Shown: positions 40,141 to 50,982 of the stretch, piece by piece
Numbering within the stretch: the first letter of the stretch is position 1
Layout of the letters: the number at the start of each line of letters is the position of its first letter
Origin: Promethearchaeota archaeon
Lineage (GTDB): Archaea > Asgardarchaeota > Lokiarchaeia > Sigyniarchaeales > SOKP01
Direction of reading: 5' to 3'
NCBI GenBank assembly: GCA_019058295.1
Contig: JAHPZI010000008.1
Span: 1-64,000 of the forward strand
Length of the DNA: 64,000 nt
Translations under genes and position numbers: made by a program
The notes under the pieces: model-generated
The model's input: only the letters and a program-made list of their open reading frames with translations
Databases searched by the model: none
Told to the model about the DNA's origin: nothing

Positions 40141-42021
40141 TTATAATATTCCCAGTTCTTTTAATTTCTCTTCCATAGGTTTACCAGTTTCCCAATCCCA
40201 TTGTCTTTCTTTATAATATCGTTGTAAATTATGTTCTATATCAAGCTTAACACCTGTTATCTTTCCTCCCTCCTTTAGAACCTTAGTATTTATTCCAGCT
40301 AATTTATCATCTGCTCTTGTTATTCCTAATTTACAATCGATAACTCTTTTTATAGTATTAATACGTTCTCCAACTTTCAGTAAAGATTTTTTGGCATAAT
40401 TAAATCCTGTTGCCGCATTAATGTACCCGATAAAATCTTCTAGATCCGGATTCCTAAAATTACAATTCACAGCAGAATCATCAATCGCTCTAATATTTTG
40501 CAATGCAATGACACCTTTTTCTTTTCTATCAATTTTAAATCTATCACCAGATCTGATGCGCAATCCTGAATAGTTCAGAAAACCGAGTTCAGCACCATAC
40601 CAATCACCTTTATTGTGATTAGCTCCTGTAGAACATGTTATATAACTTAAAGCTTGTCCAAAAAAGGCTCTAGGGTCATGCATAGGCACTTCTAAACCCT
40701 TTACATGAGCCGCTAACTCTGGATCGACTTCAAATTTCTCAGCCATAATCCTAACACCATCAGCTAACACATCTCCAATACCATCTCTCATTGAAATTTT
40801 ATCAATTAACTTTAAAATTAATTCTCCGTTTCCCCATTTAATTTCTTCTATTTTAATGTCTTTGAGATGTTGTTTTATTTTTTCTATGCCTAAATTATTT
40901 TCAACTAAATAGATTAAAAACGATATGCTAACTCCTCCAGAAATGGTGTCAAATCCATATATATTACATTTATGAGATGATAATATCACATTTTTAGCAT
41001 CAAATACACCTAACATTGTCCCTAACGAAGCAACAGATTCGTATTCAGGTCCATCAACTTCTATTTCTTCTCCATTATGTTCGATAATCGTTTTTTTACC
41101 ACATTGCATATTACAGCCAGCACAACCATAACTGAAAACTGGAAAAGTTTCTTTCAATGTTTTTCCCGTTAATTTTTCTGCAAAAAACTCGGATTTAGTA
41201 AAATAATATCCTGGAGTATCACCTATTGCCATTCCAATGTCCAGATAAGAATTCGTTCCATAAAGATTGTATACATTGAATGTTGCTGCTCCAAGAAAAT
41301 CTTCTTTGGCCTTTTCTTCAGCAGCTTTAAATACTTTTTTCATGAGTTCCACATCAGCTATTTGGACTCTATTTGTTCCATGAATAGCTAAAGCTTTTAA
41401 ATTTTTAGAACCCATAAGAGCACCTAAACCACATCTTCCGACCACCCTTCCTTCATCATTGATAATCCCGGCATATCTTACTAAATTTTCTCCCGCAATT
41501 CCTATGGTGGCAACTTTAGCATTGTCATTATTTAACTCATTTTTAATAATTTTTTGAGTATCATATGTGGATTTTCCCCAAATAGTACTTGCATTCTTAA
41601 ATTCAATAGTTCCATCGTGAATATATAAATAAGTAGCATTTTTTGCTTTTCCAGTAATAACTATGGCATCAAAACCGCTATTACGTAAAGATATACAAAA
41701 AGTACCTCCTGAAGTACCTTCTCCCCAGATTTTTGTCAATGGAGAAATTCCAGTAACTGAATATCTTCCTGAGGACGGTCTGAGAGTTCCTGTTACAGGT
41801 CCCGTAGCAAAAATTAGGGGATTAATCTCTGAATATGGATCTGATTTTAAGGTATTGTAATCACTCTCAGATAATAGATTATAAGTTATTTTGGCGCTTA
41901 AACCCGTCCCTCCAAGGTACTCTTCGGCAATTCGAGGATCTAAATCTTTAATCTCGATTTTTTCTTCACTTAAATTTACATAAGCAATCTTTCCATTATA
42001 TCCTTTTAAAATTACACTCAT
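40141..42021 (-). CDS. Tungsten aldehyde:ferredoxin oxidoreductase family
   Basis: YLGGTG, FATGP, ISPLT, GRCGLGALMGSKNLKA, CxxCxxxC, GPEYES, DTIS. Confidence 0.95.
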   Translation of the reverse strand: MSVILKGYNGKIAYVNLSEEKIEIKDLDPRIAEEYLGGTGLSAKITYNLLSESDYNTLKSDPYSEINPLIFATGPVTGTLRPSSGRYSVTGISPLTKIWGEGTSGGTFCISLRNSGFDAIVITGKAKNATYLYIHDGTIEFKNASTIWGKSTYDTQKIIKNELNNDNAKVATIGIAGENLVRYAGIINDEGRVVGRCGLGALMGSKNLKALAIHGTNRVQIADVELMKKVFKAAEEKAKEDFLGAATFNVYNLYGTNSYLDIGMAIGDTPGYYFTKSEFFAEKLTGKTLKETFPVFSYGCAGCNMQCGKKTIIEHNGEEIEVDGPEYESVASLGTMLGVFDAKNVILSSHKCNIYGFDTISGGVSISFLIYLVENNLGIEKIKQHLKDIKIEEIKWGNGELILKLIDKISMRDGIGDVLADGVRIMAEKFEVDPELAAHVKGLEVPMHDPRAFFGQALSYITCSTGANHNKGDWYGAELGFLNYSGLRIRSGDRFKIDRKEKGVIALQNIRAIDDSAVNCNFRNPDLEDFIGYINAATGFNYAKKSLLKVGERINTIKRVIDCKLGITRADDKLAGINTKVLKEGGKITGVKLDIEHNLQRYYKERQWDWETGKPMEEKLKELGIL

Positions 42022-42044
42022 TATTTTTCTCCTTTTAATTTAAT

Positions 42045-43349
42045 TTAAAAATCAATAGCTTTCCCATCCCAAGCATATTCAAAAATCTTTTTAAATATTT
42101 CTGGGTTAACTGAACGATAAGAAAAGAGAGTTATAGCATCATTCTCAGCATAATCGGCTAATAAATCAAGTTTTTCAAAATATTCCTCTTTATTTATAAC
42201 AGGGTTTTTTAAATCTTTTACGCATGAAGGCCCATCAAGAGAGTGTATGAAATTCTTAAGAGCTTGCATGAATTCTTTAAATAATTCCTCTCTATCTTTA
42301 TCTTTTACTTCTACTCCAAAAATCGGACATAAATCTTGCCATCTATCTGTAACTTTTCTTTGGAAATCAACAGAAATAGGAGTGAACAAACCTACAGAAA
42401 GACCATGATGAACCCCAAATATTTTTCCAAAACTATGTCCTAAGGAGTGATCTATTCCAGGTACTGAATTCCCAAAACCTAATCCTGCCATCGTTACAGC
42501 CATTTGCATATGAGCACGGGCTTCTAAATCTTTTGCACCATATTTATATGCTCGAGGAAGATATTTTAATACCTCTTTTATCGCAGTAATATTCATAGCA
42601 TCCACATATGGAGTTCCCCAATTTGAAATATAACTACCAACTGAATGTGCTAAAGCATCTAATCCAGTCGCCATTGTCAAAAAAGGTGGCATGTCTTTTA
42701 CAAAGTCTACATCTAATATAGCAATATCAGGAACTAGGTCAGGACTCATAATCTCTATTTTTTTTGGAGGATCTCTATCAGTGTCAGTTATTACGGCGGC
42801 GTAAGTGGCTTCAGAACCAGTTCCAGAGGTCGTTGGTATTGCTACCAAGTATTTAACTTTTTTACGCAATCCTAAAGATCCGAGTGGGAGTATCATTAAG
42901 ATATTCTCTTCCGGTTTTTCATATTTAAACATTATCATTTTAGCAGCATCCATTACGCTACCTCCTCCAATTGCAATTAAAACATTTGGTTTAAATTCTT
43001 CGCAAATGTTAACTCCCTCTTCAATTATATATAAAGGGACTTCTGGTAATACTTTTGCCCATACTTTACATTCTATATCTCTTCTTCCTAAAATATCTAT
43101 TACTTTTTTAGCATATCTTTGAGTGAATTCATCACAGATTATTAACGCTCTTCTCTCATTCTCTTCAAGCATGGCATCTAAGTAGCCAGTTAATGAAAAT
43201 AAACCAAGTTTGCCAGCATTTATTTTAGGTGAATTATAAGTTGACATTACTCCTCGAACAGCTTTACCTCCCAAGCGACCCATATTATCTTTTATAAAAT
43301 CTGTTTCATACCAAGTAGGTTTTTCTCTTACCATTTTTTTATTTTTCAC
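42045..43349 (-). CDS. Iron-containing alcohol dehydrogenase
   Basis: AIGGGSVMDAAK, PTTSGTGSE, GLDALAH, HSLGH, HHG. Confidence 0.95.
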   Translation of the reverse strand: MKNKKMVREKPTWYETDFIKDNMGRLGGKAVRGVMSTYNSPKINAGKLGLFSLTGYLDAMLEENERRALIICDEFTQRYAKKVIDILGRRDIECKVWAKVLPEVPLYIIEEGVNICEEFKPNVLIAIGGGSVMDAAKMIMFKYEKPEENILMILPLGSLGLRKKVKYLVAIPTTSGTGSEATYAAVITDTDRDPPKKIEIMSPDLVPDIAILDVDFVKDMPPFLTMATGLDALAHSVGSYISNWGTPYVDAMNITAIKEVLKYLPRAYKYGAKDLEARAHMQMAVTMAGLGFGNSVPGIDHSLGHSFGKIFGVHHGLSVGLFTPISVDFQRKVTDRWQDLCPIFGVEVKDKDREELFKEFMQALKNFIHSLDGPSCVKDLKNPVINKEEYFEKLDLLADYAENDAITLFSYRSVNPEIFKKIFEYAWDGKAIDF

Positions 43350-43474
43350 TTCTTTTTATTAGAATTTTAATTAAATCAATAAAATTGATTTCTAGTTATT
43401 AAATAATTAAATCTTATTCAATAAAAATGTTGAATTTTTATTATGTTTTTTAAAAAAACATTAATTAAAAAATT

Positions 43475-44230
43475 TTAAAAAATTTTAGGGAAAACTTTTT
43501 TGGTATTTTTAAATATTTGACTTTCTATTATATCAGCAGAACCATCTTTAAATTTTGAGATAAAATTTAAAACCTCTCTAATCATTGATGGAGTTCCTAT
43601 TTTCCCCGAGTATTTTACGGGACCATCGCTTTCCAAAAGGAGATGCTCTTTATCTACCATTACCGCAACTTTCTTAACTGCTGGAGAATAGGAGATAGCA
43701 GGTGTAATTGAGAAATAATATCCCCGATCTATGCCTTTTTTTAATAAAGTTTCTGGGCCTGAATACCAGTGTATATTAATATTTGGAATGCGAAATGATG
43801 GTAAGGTATCAAAAACTATTTGTTCTGCTCCTTTCGTATGCAAATTAACCGGTAATTCTAATTCTTGCGCAAGTGAAAGCATTGAATTAAAAATCTTTTG
43901 TTGTAGAGGGTATAATTCTCGTCTCTTAACAAAATAATGATCCAATCCAATTTCCCCAATCGCACATATTTTATTTTTATTTTTTCGAATTAATTCCAAT
44001 ACAGAATCTAACTGATTTTCAATGTCCTTATTCATCTGTACTTCTTCTGGATGAATTCCTAACGCAGGATATATTGAATCGTATTGTCTAGAGATCTCTA
44101 ACATTCTTTCTAAACCTGATGCAGACATTCCAACAGATATAATCTTTTCAACACCAACATCCTTAGCTTCTTTAATTATCTCATCCAAATTTAAATAGAG
44201 ATTACAATGACAATGTATATCTATTAACAT
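43475..44230 (-). CDS. tatD: TatD-family deoxyribonuclease
   Basis: DIHCH, GIHP, IGEIGLD, LH, HWY, LESDGP. Confidence 0.92.
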   Translation of the reverse strand: MLIDIHCHCNLYLNLDEIIKEAKDVGVEKIISVGMSASGLERMLEISRQYDSIYPALGIHPEEVQMNKDIENQLDSVLELIRKNKNKICAIGEIGLDHYFVKRRELYPLQQKIFNSMLSLAQELELPVNLHTKGAEQIVFDTLPSFRIPNINIHWYSGPETLLKKGIDRGYYFSITPAISYSPAVKKVAVMVDKEHLLLESDGPVKYSGKIGTPSMIREVLNFISKFKDGSADIIESQIFKNTKKVFPKIF

Positions 44231-44354
44231 TTTACGAAATTCTGTTTTTTTCTTTAAACTTCAAGATAAATTATTTAAAATTAATTAATTTTAAAATGTT
44301 GAAAAGTAATTAACAATTTCAAACTTTCATTTCTTAAGGATAACAGTTTTCCAT

Positions 44355-44720
44355 TTATTTTTTCTCATGATTAAGTAAACTTACGATTTGCGACCTCAAA
44401 TTTGCAATCTGCATGAGGAGTCTAAATTTTCTAGAATGTACTATATTTTCAGATTCTAATTGGTTTTTTAAAAATTCTAATTTATTTAATAAGAAATTCT
44501 TTAAATCTTCTGTAGACTCGGGAGTTTCGGAACTCACTTTAGGAATTTGTACTATTTTTGCAACTTTTTTATGTCGAAGGAGAGATATTGCTTTTGCTAA
44601 TTGCAATTGCATTCCATGATAACTTCCTGGATCGGATTCGTTGAGCGAGTCGAAAGTTTCCCTCAATCCTTCAATGAAACTCTCTATATCATCAACACTA
44701 AAATGATCTTCCTTACTCAT
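44355..44720 (-). CDS. Hypothetical helical protein
   Basis: 121-aa ORF; no motif. Confidence 0.6.
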   Translation of the reverse strand: MSKEDHFSVDDIESFIEGLRETFDSLNESDPGSYHGMQLQLAKAISLLRHKKVAKIVQIPKVSSETPESTEDLKNFLLNKLEFLKNQLESENIVHSRKFRLLMQIANLRSQIVSLLNHEKK

Positions 44721-44897
44721 CTTTTAAAAAAATTAATTACCCAACCTTATTAGATATTTTAATATATTAATAGTTAAAAGATAATATATTCTTTTCTCAA
44801 AAATAAAACATAAAAAAAGAGAGTTTCTATTAGTTGTTGCTAAATTTTCTTATGAAAATGAAAAATTAAATTTTAATGGAATATTTAATATTAAAAA

Positions 44898-45632
44898 TTA
44901 GAGAATTTCTTCCAAAAGCACTTCTGAGAGAGCTTTTAGTACTTTTCTCTTTAAATCTACATCATACAATCTAATCTTATCAGAAAATTCGATTTGTATA
45001 GATTGGCTCCCTGATATTTTAGAAGCGCCATATTCTTTAATAATATAGCCTCCAGTTAAAACATACTCTTTCCTTCTCATATGACCTGGTGCTATTGAAA
45101 TGCCCAAATTCAAAAATTTTTTTATAATTTTTCCCCTAATATTTTTATCTCTATCTTTAATAGGTACTGGTTTTGAAAAGATTGACGCTAAGTTATCTGT
45201 GCCTAGTATAAGCTCAACATCTCGATATCCTGGCGGTCGCTTATGTTTTTCAAAACCATGAATATCAATTAACAGGGAATAATTGAAAGTCTTTAAATTG
45301 TCAGATATGAATTCTTTAATTTTTCTATGATAGAATTGATAAATATTGCTAGCTAAAGCTGAATTCGAGTTATACGCTTCAGTTTCGCTTCTATTTAAAT
45401 CTATTTTACTACGCCTTACTTTTGAAATAATATATGAGGGTAATCTTTCGGACTTATATTTTATATGATTAATTAAATCATGAGAGAGCTCGTAGGTGGC
45501 TTTATCAATTCCCATTATACCTTCAGTTCTTTTAGGAATGCTTCTACATTCTAATGTACCACCATGAGGAACTGATATTATTAAAGGTAAGGTTCCTTTT
45601 TCAAATTCTATATATTCTTTTAAATTAACCAT
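44898..45632 (-). CDS. N-formylglutamate amidohydrolase family
   Basis: ISVPHGG, IDLNR, LIDIHG, GGYI, IQIEF. Confidence 0.85.
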   Translation of the reverse strand: MVNLKEYIEFEKGTLPLIISVPHGGTLECRSIPKRTEGIMGIDKATYELSHDLINHIKYKSERLPSYIISKVRRSKIDLNRSETEAYNSNSALASNIYQFYHRKIKEFISDNLKTFNYSLLIDIHGFEKHKRPPGYRDVELILGTDNLASIFSKPVPIKDRDKNIRGKIIKKFLNLGISIAPGHMRRKEYVLTGGYIIKEYGASKISGSQSIQIEFSDKIRLYDVDLKRKVLKALSEVLLEEIL

Positions 45633-45663
45633 TTTAAAATAAAAAAAGGAAAATATAAAAAAA

Positions 45664-46113
45664 CTATGTAATAGTTAAATATCGAAGTATAATGAAGACT
45701 ACTATCCATAAGCAAAAACTTATGGTCCCAAATGTGTAATATGGCCAAATTTTTTTGTCTTTCTCAAAGGTCATATAAGCAAAAACCCAAGCACCCAGCG
45801 CTCCAAGACCTCCTAAAAGAATATCGGTTGTCATATTTTGCAAGCTATCAGATCGTCCTTCAAATTTTAGACCAATCCAAATAAGCACATAATTTTCAAT
45901 TAGTTCCCAAACAACGAAGGTTATCATAGAAAGAATAAAAACAAGCAGTAATGAGAATATTGGTATATGACCTTTAGCCTTTGGTATTGTGTAGAATAAT
46001 GAAATTAATAAAAAAGCACCTATTCCGAAGCAAATATGGCCAATAGAGTAAAAATCGAACCAACTGATACCAACCTCCCCTGGATTTGTGGCAATTATTT
46101 CATTTAATAGCAT
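45664..46113 (-). CDS. Small membrane protein (H...WE..E...D metal-hydrolase-like)
   Basis: DFYSIGH, WELIEN, DSLQNMTTD. Confidence 0.65.
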   Translation of the reverse strand: MLLNEIIATNPGEVGISWFDFYSIGHICFGIGAFLLISLFYTIPKAKGHIPIFSLLLVFILSMITFVVWELIENYVLIWIGLKFEGRSDSLQNMTTDILLGGLGALGAWVFAYMTFEKDKKIWPYYTFGTISFCLWIVVFIILRYLTIT

Positions 46114-46252
46114 AAAATTTTTTCACTTTTTTTTTTTTTAATTAATAATGCTTATTTAATAAATTTAAATTTAAATCTTTTATAATCCAATTTTTAATAA
46201 TAAAATCATTTAATATTTTTTAAAATAATGAAAATAATAATCGAGATATAAT

Positions 46253-47536
46253 TTGCAGAAAAATATTGCTTTTGTCATATATTACAATAAAAATAATAAA
46301 TATAGTTACAACGCCTTAATAGGGGCTTTAGAGACAGAGGATTTCATTGACGATGTTGATATTTATTTTATGAAAAATAAAGATAATCTTATTAATAGTT
46401 TAAAAAATTTAATCGGTAAATACCAAAAAGTTATCTTAGGCATCTCTTTTTTTACAACTCAACTTTGGGATATTAATGAATTAATTAAAACTTTAATAAA
46501 GAAATATGGTAAAAAATTAATTTATATAGCAGGTGGACCTCATCCTACTGGAGATCCTTTAGGAACGCTTAAAATAGGATTTGATATAATCTTTATTGGC
46601 GAAGGAGAAGAATCAATAATAGAGTTTTTTCAAAAAATTAGGAATAATGAAGAATACAAGGATATAAAGGGAATAGCCTATGTAAATGATGATAACGAGC
46701 TATTTTATACCGATAAAAGGGTTCCAATTAAATTAGATATATATCCACCATTTCCTGTCAAAAATAATAAGTTTGGACCTATAGAAATAACCCGAGGTTG
46801 TTCTTATGTATGCTATTTCTGTCAAACGCCATATATTGGAGGAACAACTCCACGGCATAGAAGTATTGAGTCAATTTGCAAATATATCCAAATAATGAAG
46901 GACAAAAATCTTACAGATATAAGATTTATAACACCAAACGCATTTTCTTATGGATCTAAAGATGGGAAGAGTTTAAACTTAGAAAAGCTTGAAGAATTAT
47001 TAATTAAAATAAAGAATATAATTGGTTCGAAGGGGAGAATTTTTTTAGGTTCATTCCCTTCAGAAGTAAGACCTGAACATGTGAATGTGAATACATTAGA
47101 ATTAATTAAACAATATGCATCCAATGATAATATCATAATTGGCGCTCAATCGGGAAGCCAAAAAATCTTGGATCTCTGCCATAGAGGACATGATATCGAG
47201 GATATATATACTGCAGTTGAACTAACTATAGACGTAGGGCTTAAAGCTAATGTTGATTTTATCTTCGGATTGCCAGGTGAAACCAAAGAGGATATAAACT
47301 ATACTATAGAGATGATGGAAAAATTAACAAAAATGGGTGCTAGAATTCATACTCATTCCTTTATACCTTTACCTCAAACTCCTTTTGCAAAAAAATCTGT
47401 TGACAAAATACATGAGTCCATACAAAAGTCAATTAAAAAACTAACCTCTAGGGGCTATGCCTTCGGTGAATGGAAAAAGCAAGAGGGGCTTGCAATTAAA
47501 ATTTCTAAGTATTTAAAAACAGGAAAATTAAATTAA
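46253..47536 (+). CDS. B12-binding-domain radical SAM protein (MJ1487-like)
   Basis: GGPHPTG, GEGE, EITRGCSYVCYFCQTP, FPSEVRPE. Confidence 0.9.
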   Translation: MQKNIAFVIYYNKNNKYSYNALIGALETEDFIDDVDIYFMKNKDNLINSLKNLIGKYQKVILGISFFTTQLWDINELIKTLIKKYGKKLIYIAGGPHPTGDPLGTLKIGFDIIFIGEGEESIIEFFQKIRNNEEYKDIKGIAYVNDDNELFYTDKRVPIKLDIYPPFPVKNNKFGPIEITRGCSYVCYFCQTPYIGGTTPRHRSIESICKYIQIMKDKNLTDIRFITPNAFSYGSKDGKSLNLEKLEELLIKIKNIIGSKGRIFLGSFPSEVRPEHVNVNTLELIKQYASNDNIIIGAQSGSQKILDLCHRGHDIEDIYTAVELTIDVGLKANVDFIFGLPGETKEDINYTIEMMEKLTKMGARIHTHSFIPLPQTPFAKKSVDKIHESIQKSIKKLTSRGYAFGEWKKQEGLAIKISKYLKTGKLN

Positions 47537-47549
47537 TTATTACTGAGGT

Positions 47550-48407
47550 TTATTTTGAAATCTTTATTACCCTTTTATTATTTTCAATAAATCCTTCTTT
47601 TTCTAATTGATTTAATATTGAAGTTATTCTTTTATTCTCTACCTTTAGTTGAGTCTGCAATTCTGTTATTAAAATTTTTTTTTTATTAAGTAAAATTTTC
47701 AAAATTTTACCTCTTATTTCACGATTAGAACCCTTAAATTTTGCTTGTTTTCGATAGTGGGCACTTCTCTTATTTAATTCTGGGTGAGTTTTTTTAAGCA
47801 TCACTCCATAATCCATTAAAGCATAATACCATTTACGGGGGGCTTCATTATCAGCAGTTGCCTCTACAAATGCTATGATTTCTTTATCATTCACATTTTT
47901 TTTATTGGAAAAGAAGAAGTAAATAAAGACGCGTCTAATATTGGTTTCAATGAAGTAAGTTGGTTTGTTAAAAGCAAACGCTACTATAGAAGATGCTGTA
48001 TTATGCCCTATCTGGGGAAGTTTCTTAAGCGTTTCAACAGAATCCGGTAATTTCCCATCATACTCATTAACTACTTTTTCTGCAATAGTTTTTAAAGCAA
48101 TAGCTCTTCGGTTATAGCCTAAACCTTGCCATGCTTTAAGGAGTTCTTGTTTTGGTGCCTTAGAAAGTGCTTCAAAATCGGGAAATGATTTTATGAAATT
48201 TAGGAATTTTTCCGAAACAGTGCTAGTTTGAGTTTGCTGGAGCATAATCTCTGAAATAAGTACATAATAGGGGTTAATTTTATCTCTAAACGGGAATTTA
48301 CGACCGTATTGTTTAAAATAGGAATATATAATATCTTGAAATACTTGAATGACTTCAGAGGTCAATCCATTTTCCTTATAGAATTTGTGAAATTCGGTTA
48401 TGAGTAT
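47550..48407 (-). CDS. mutY: A/G-specific adenine glycosylase (short MutY-like, no Fe-S cluster); probable ATA start at 48407
   Basis: PYYVLISEIMLQQTQ, WQGLGYNRRA, LPQIGHNTA, ETNIRR, ALMDYG; frame extends to ILITEFHKFYKENG after SD AGGTGG. Confidence 0.88.
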   Translation of the reverse strand: MLITEFHKFYKENGLTSEVIQVFQDIIYSYFKQYGRKFPFRDKINPYYVLISEIMLQQTQTSTVSEKFLNFIKSFPDFEALSKAPKQELLKAWQGLGYNRRAIALKTIAEKVVNEYDGKLPDSVETLKKLPQIGHNTASSIVAFAFNKPTYFIETNIRRVFIYFFFSNKKNVNDKEIIAFVEATADNEAPRKWYYALMDYGVMLKKTHPELNKRSAHYRKQAKFKGSNREIRGKILKILLNKKKILITELQTQLKVENKRITSILNQLEKEGFIENNKRVIKISK

Positions 48408-48692
48408 CTCTAACCACCTTATTCTTCAATAAAAAAAAAAATTAAAACTTAATAAAGAATCTAAGGATTATATTACATAACATATTTATCTACTTTGATT
48501 ATTTTACGAATGATTTATATCAAAACTCTTGAGCAATAATTACAGGATCATAGTGATATTGAAAGGATTTATGTTTGTAGACTGGAAAAAACAAGAAGAA
48601 ATTACTATAAAAATTTCTAAATATTATAGAAGATAATTATATTTAATAGATTAAAAAAGATTTTAAATTAAAAAACATGTGGGCTTCTAAGT

Positions 48693-50108
48693 ATGTTAAA
48701 CGCTTTTTTTATTTTTCAGGGCGAAACAGGAACTCTTCTATATGATAAAGTTTTTTTCCAAGAAATGGATGAAAGCATGTCAGATATGTTCAGCGGCTTT
48801 CTAATCGCACTTAAAACTTTCATTTCAAAAATGTTTTTTGATGGTTCGAAGGTCTTAAAATCTATTAATCTGGGTGATTATCACGTTGTAATTACTCATA
48901 TTAATGAAATAAATTCAGAATTAGTCATGGTTGTGGATAAGGAAGAGGATAAATCAGCAACAAAAATAATTCCGAAAATAGTAGAAATCATTTTAAATAA
49001 TAAAGAGTTATTTAATGAATCGGAAGGTAACTCTGAGCAATTTAAAATATTCGATGAACAAGTAAACAATTTAATTATTACGAGTAAAAATATAGTTGAT
49101 GAAACGTTACTTGATCAAAAAAGTGATGTTTTTAAATCCATATGGGGTCAGAGAGGTAGAATTTCTGCAAATTTACGAGAAGAATTATTAATAGAAAAAG
49201 AAGATTTATATAATAAGCTAGCAAGTACTCAAAATTATATTGAAAAATCAGTAATCTTTGATGAAATAATAGAGGTTTTAAATAAACTCGATGCTACTGA
49301 AGAGTTAATTAGAGTGCAAGCACAAGCAAAAGCTGTTAAAGATGAAATAAAAGATAGACGGATAAGGTTAAAATATTTTTTGAAAGAAACTAAAGACGCT
49401 TTGAAATACAAGAACTATAAGGTAGCTTATTCAAATTTTTACTCTTTTAGTGCAAAACTTAGAAATTTAGCACAATCTCACGTTCAAAAAAAATATGCTG
49501 ACCTAGCAAATAGTATCATGAATAAAGATAACATTTCTCATAGTGAGTTTTCTAAAATTATTTCCGAAATTTTAAACATACCAGATAAAATAGTTGACGA
49601 AACGCTACTTGATCAAAAAAATGATGTTTTAAAATCCTTAGGGGCTCAGAAAGGTAAAATCTCTGTAAAATTACAAAAAGAATTAAATATAAAAAAAGAA
49701 GATTTATATAAAAAGATAGGAAGTACGCATAATTATATTGAAAAATTAGTAATCTTTGATCAAATAATAGAGGTTTTAAATAAACTTGATGCTACTGAAG
49801 AGTTAAGTCAAATTCAAGCATATGCAAAAGCTCTCAAAGATGAAATAGAAGATAGACGAATAAAGTTACAATATTTTTTGAAAGAAACCAAAGAAGCTTT
49901 GAAAAAGAAGAACTATAAGATAGCTTATTCAAATCTTTTCTCTTTTAGTTCAAAACTTAGAAATTTGGCAAAATCTCCCGTTCAAAAAAAATATACTGAC
50001 CTGGCAAATAGTATCATGAATAAAGATAACATTTCTCGTGTTGAGTTTTCTCAAATTATTTACGAAATTTTATTAATGCCTGATAATATAGACGAGTATT
50101 TAAATTAA
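48693..50108 (+). CDS. Longin-like N-terminal domain + two 166-aa helical tandem repeats
   Basis: FFIFQGETGTLLY..SDMFSGFLIALKTFIS; duplication starting IVDETLLDQK. Confidence 0.75.
   Translation: MLNAFFIFQGETGTLLYDKVFFQEMDESMSDMFSGFLIALKTFISKMFFDGSKVLKSINLGDYHVVITHINEINSELVMVVDKEEDKSATKIIPKIVEIILNNKELFNESEGNSEQFKIFDEQVNNLIITSKNIVDETLLDQKSDVFKSIWGQRGRISANLREELLIEKEDLYNKLASTQNYIEKSVIFDEIIEVLNKLDATEELIRVQAQAKAVKDEIKDRRIRLKYFLKETKDALKYKNYKVAYSNFYSFSAKLRNLAQSHVQKKYADLANSIMNKDNISHSEFSKIISEILNIPDKIVDETLLDQKNDVLKSLGAQKGKISVKLQKELNIKKEDLYKKIGSTHNYIEKLVIFDQIIEVLNKLDATEELSQIQAYAKALKDEIEDRRIKLQYFLKETKEALKKKNYKIAYSNLFSFSSKLRNLAKSPVQKKYTDLANSIMNKDNISRVEFSQIIYEILLMPDNIDEYLN
49092..50087 (+). repeat. Intragenic 498-bp tandem duplication
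   Basis: ATAGTTGATGAAACGTTACTTGATCAAAAAA at 49092 and ATAGTTGACGAAACGCTACTTGATCAAAAAA at 49590; similarity continues across the unit. Confidence 0.9.
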
Positions 50109-50128
50109 TTAACTTAGTAAAATTCCGC

Positions 50129-50761
50129 TTAATTATTAATTGAAGATAAAATTAAATTTACAATCCGATTAATATACTTTCCTTTTTGAATTTTGGTAAC
50201 TCTTGAGACCTTTTTATAATTAAAGCTAGAAGCAAGCGCATCTAAATAAGAAAGATTGTATAAAAGTGAAATATTATCATTATTTCGCATAAATAGATTG
50301 TTTAATACTTTTTGGATATTATTATCACTAACAGCTTTTGACTTAGCTTTCGCACGTTTTTTAACCTCATCTATTGCATTATTAAAATGAAGGTCCCTAA
50401 TTTTTGATATAATACCGCTTAAAACAATAGTATATAAAATTACGAGCTCTTCATCAGCGGCATTCTCTTTTAAAACCTCAAGCTTATTTTTTAATTCGTC
50501 GTAAATCTCTTTAATTTGATCATCATCAAGCCCCTTAATTCTTTTAAAATGACGTAGAAAATTCAAATAATTGCCTTCTAAAAAAGAATTTAAATTTTCA
50601 TTAAATAAATCTTTAAATTTTTTAATTATTTGACCGCTTTGTTTTATCTTAACACTAACTTTTGGAGTTCTACCAATAATGGTATCGGATCCTTCTTCAT
50701 AAAACTGTTGGTTAACGAGATTATCCGTTGCATTGTATAGCCTTTCAATTTCCGGATCCAC
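50129..50761 (-). CDS. Hypothetical helical protein
   Basis: 210-aa ORF, GTG start. Confidence 0.65.
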   Translation of the reverse strand: MDPEIERLYNATDNLVNQQFYEEGSDTIIGRTPKVSVKIKQSGQIIKKFKDLFNENLNSFLEGNYLNFLRHFKRIKGLDDDQIKEIYDELKNKLEVLKENAADEELVILYTIVLSGIISKIRDLHFNNAIDEVKKRAKAKSKAVSDNNIQKVLNNLFMRNNDNISLLYNLSYLDALASSFNYKKVSRVTKIQKGKYINRIVNLILSSINN

Positions 50762-50982
50762 CCTTCAAACACCATCAATTAAAAAAAGAGTATTAATTTT
50801 TAAATAATATATAAATATTCAATGATATTAATTTTCAGCATATTAAAGTAATTTAGTAATATCTAAATCTATATATTCGTTAATTTTTTATTTTTATAAA
50901 CCGTTAAATTTAATTTTAAATGTAATTTTAATATCTAATGGGAGTTTTTTATTATTTCTAAAAGAAATTAAGGTGAATAATT

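Noticed and set aside
48500-48650. Broken protein-like frames upstream of the longin gene
   Set aside because: Too short and interrupted to call even a pseudogene
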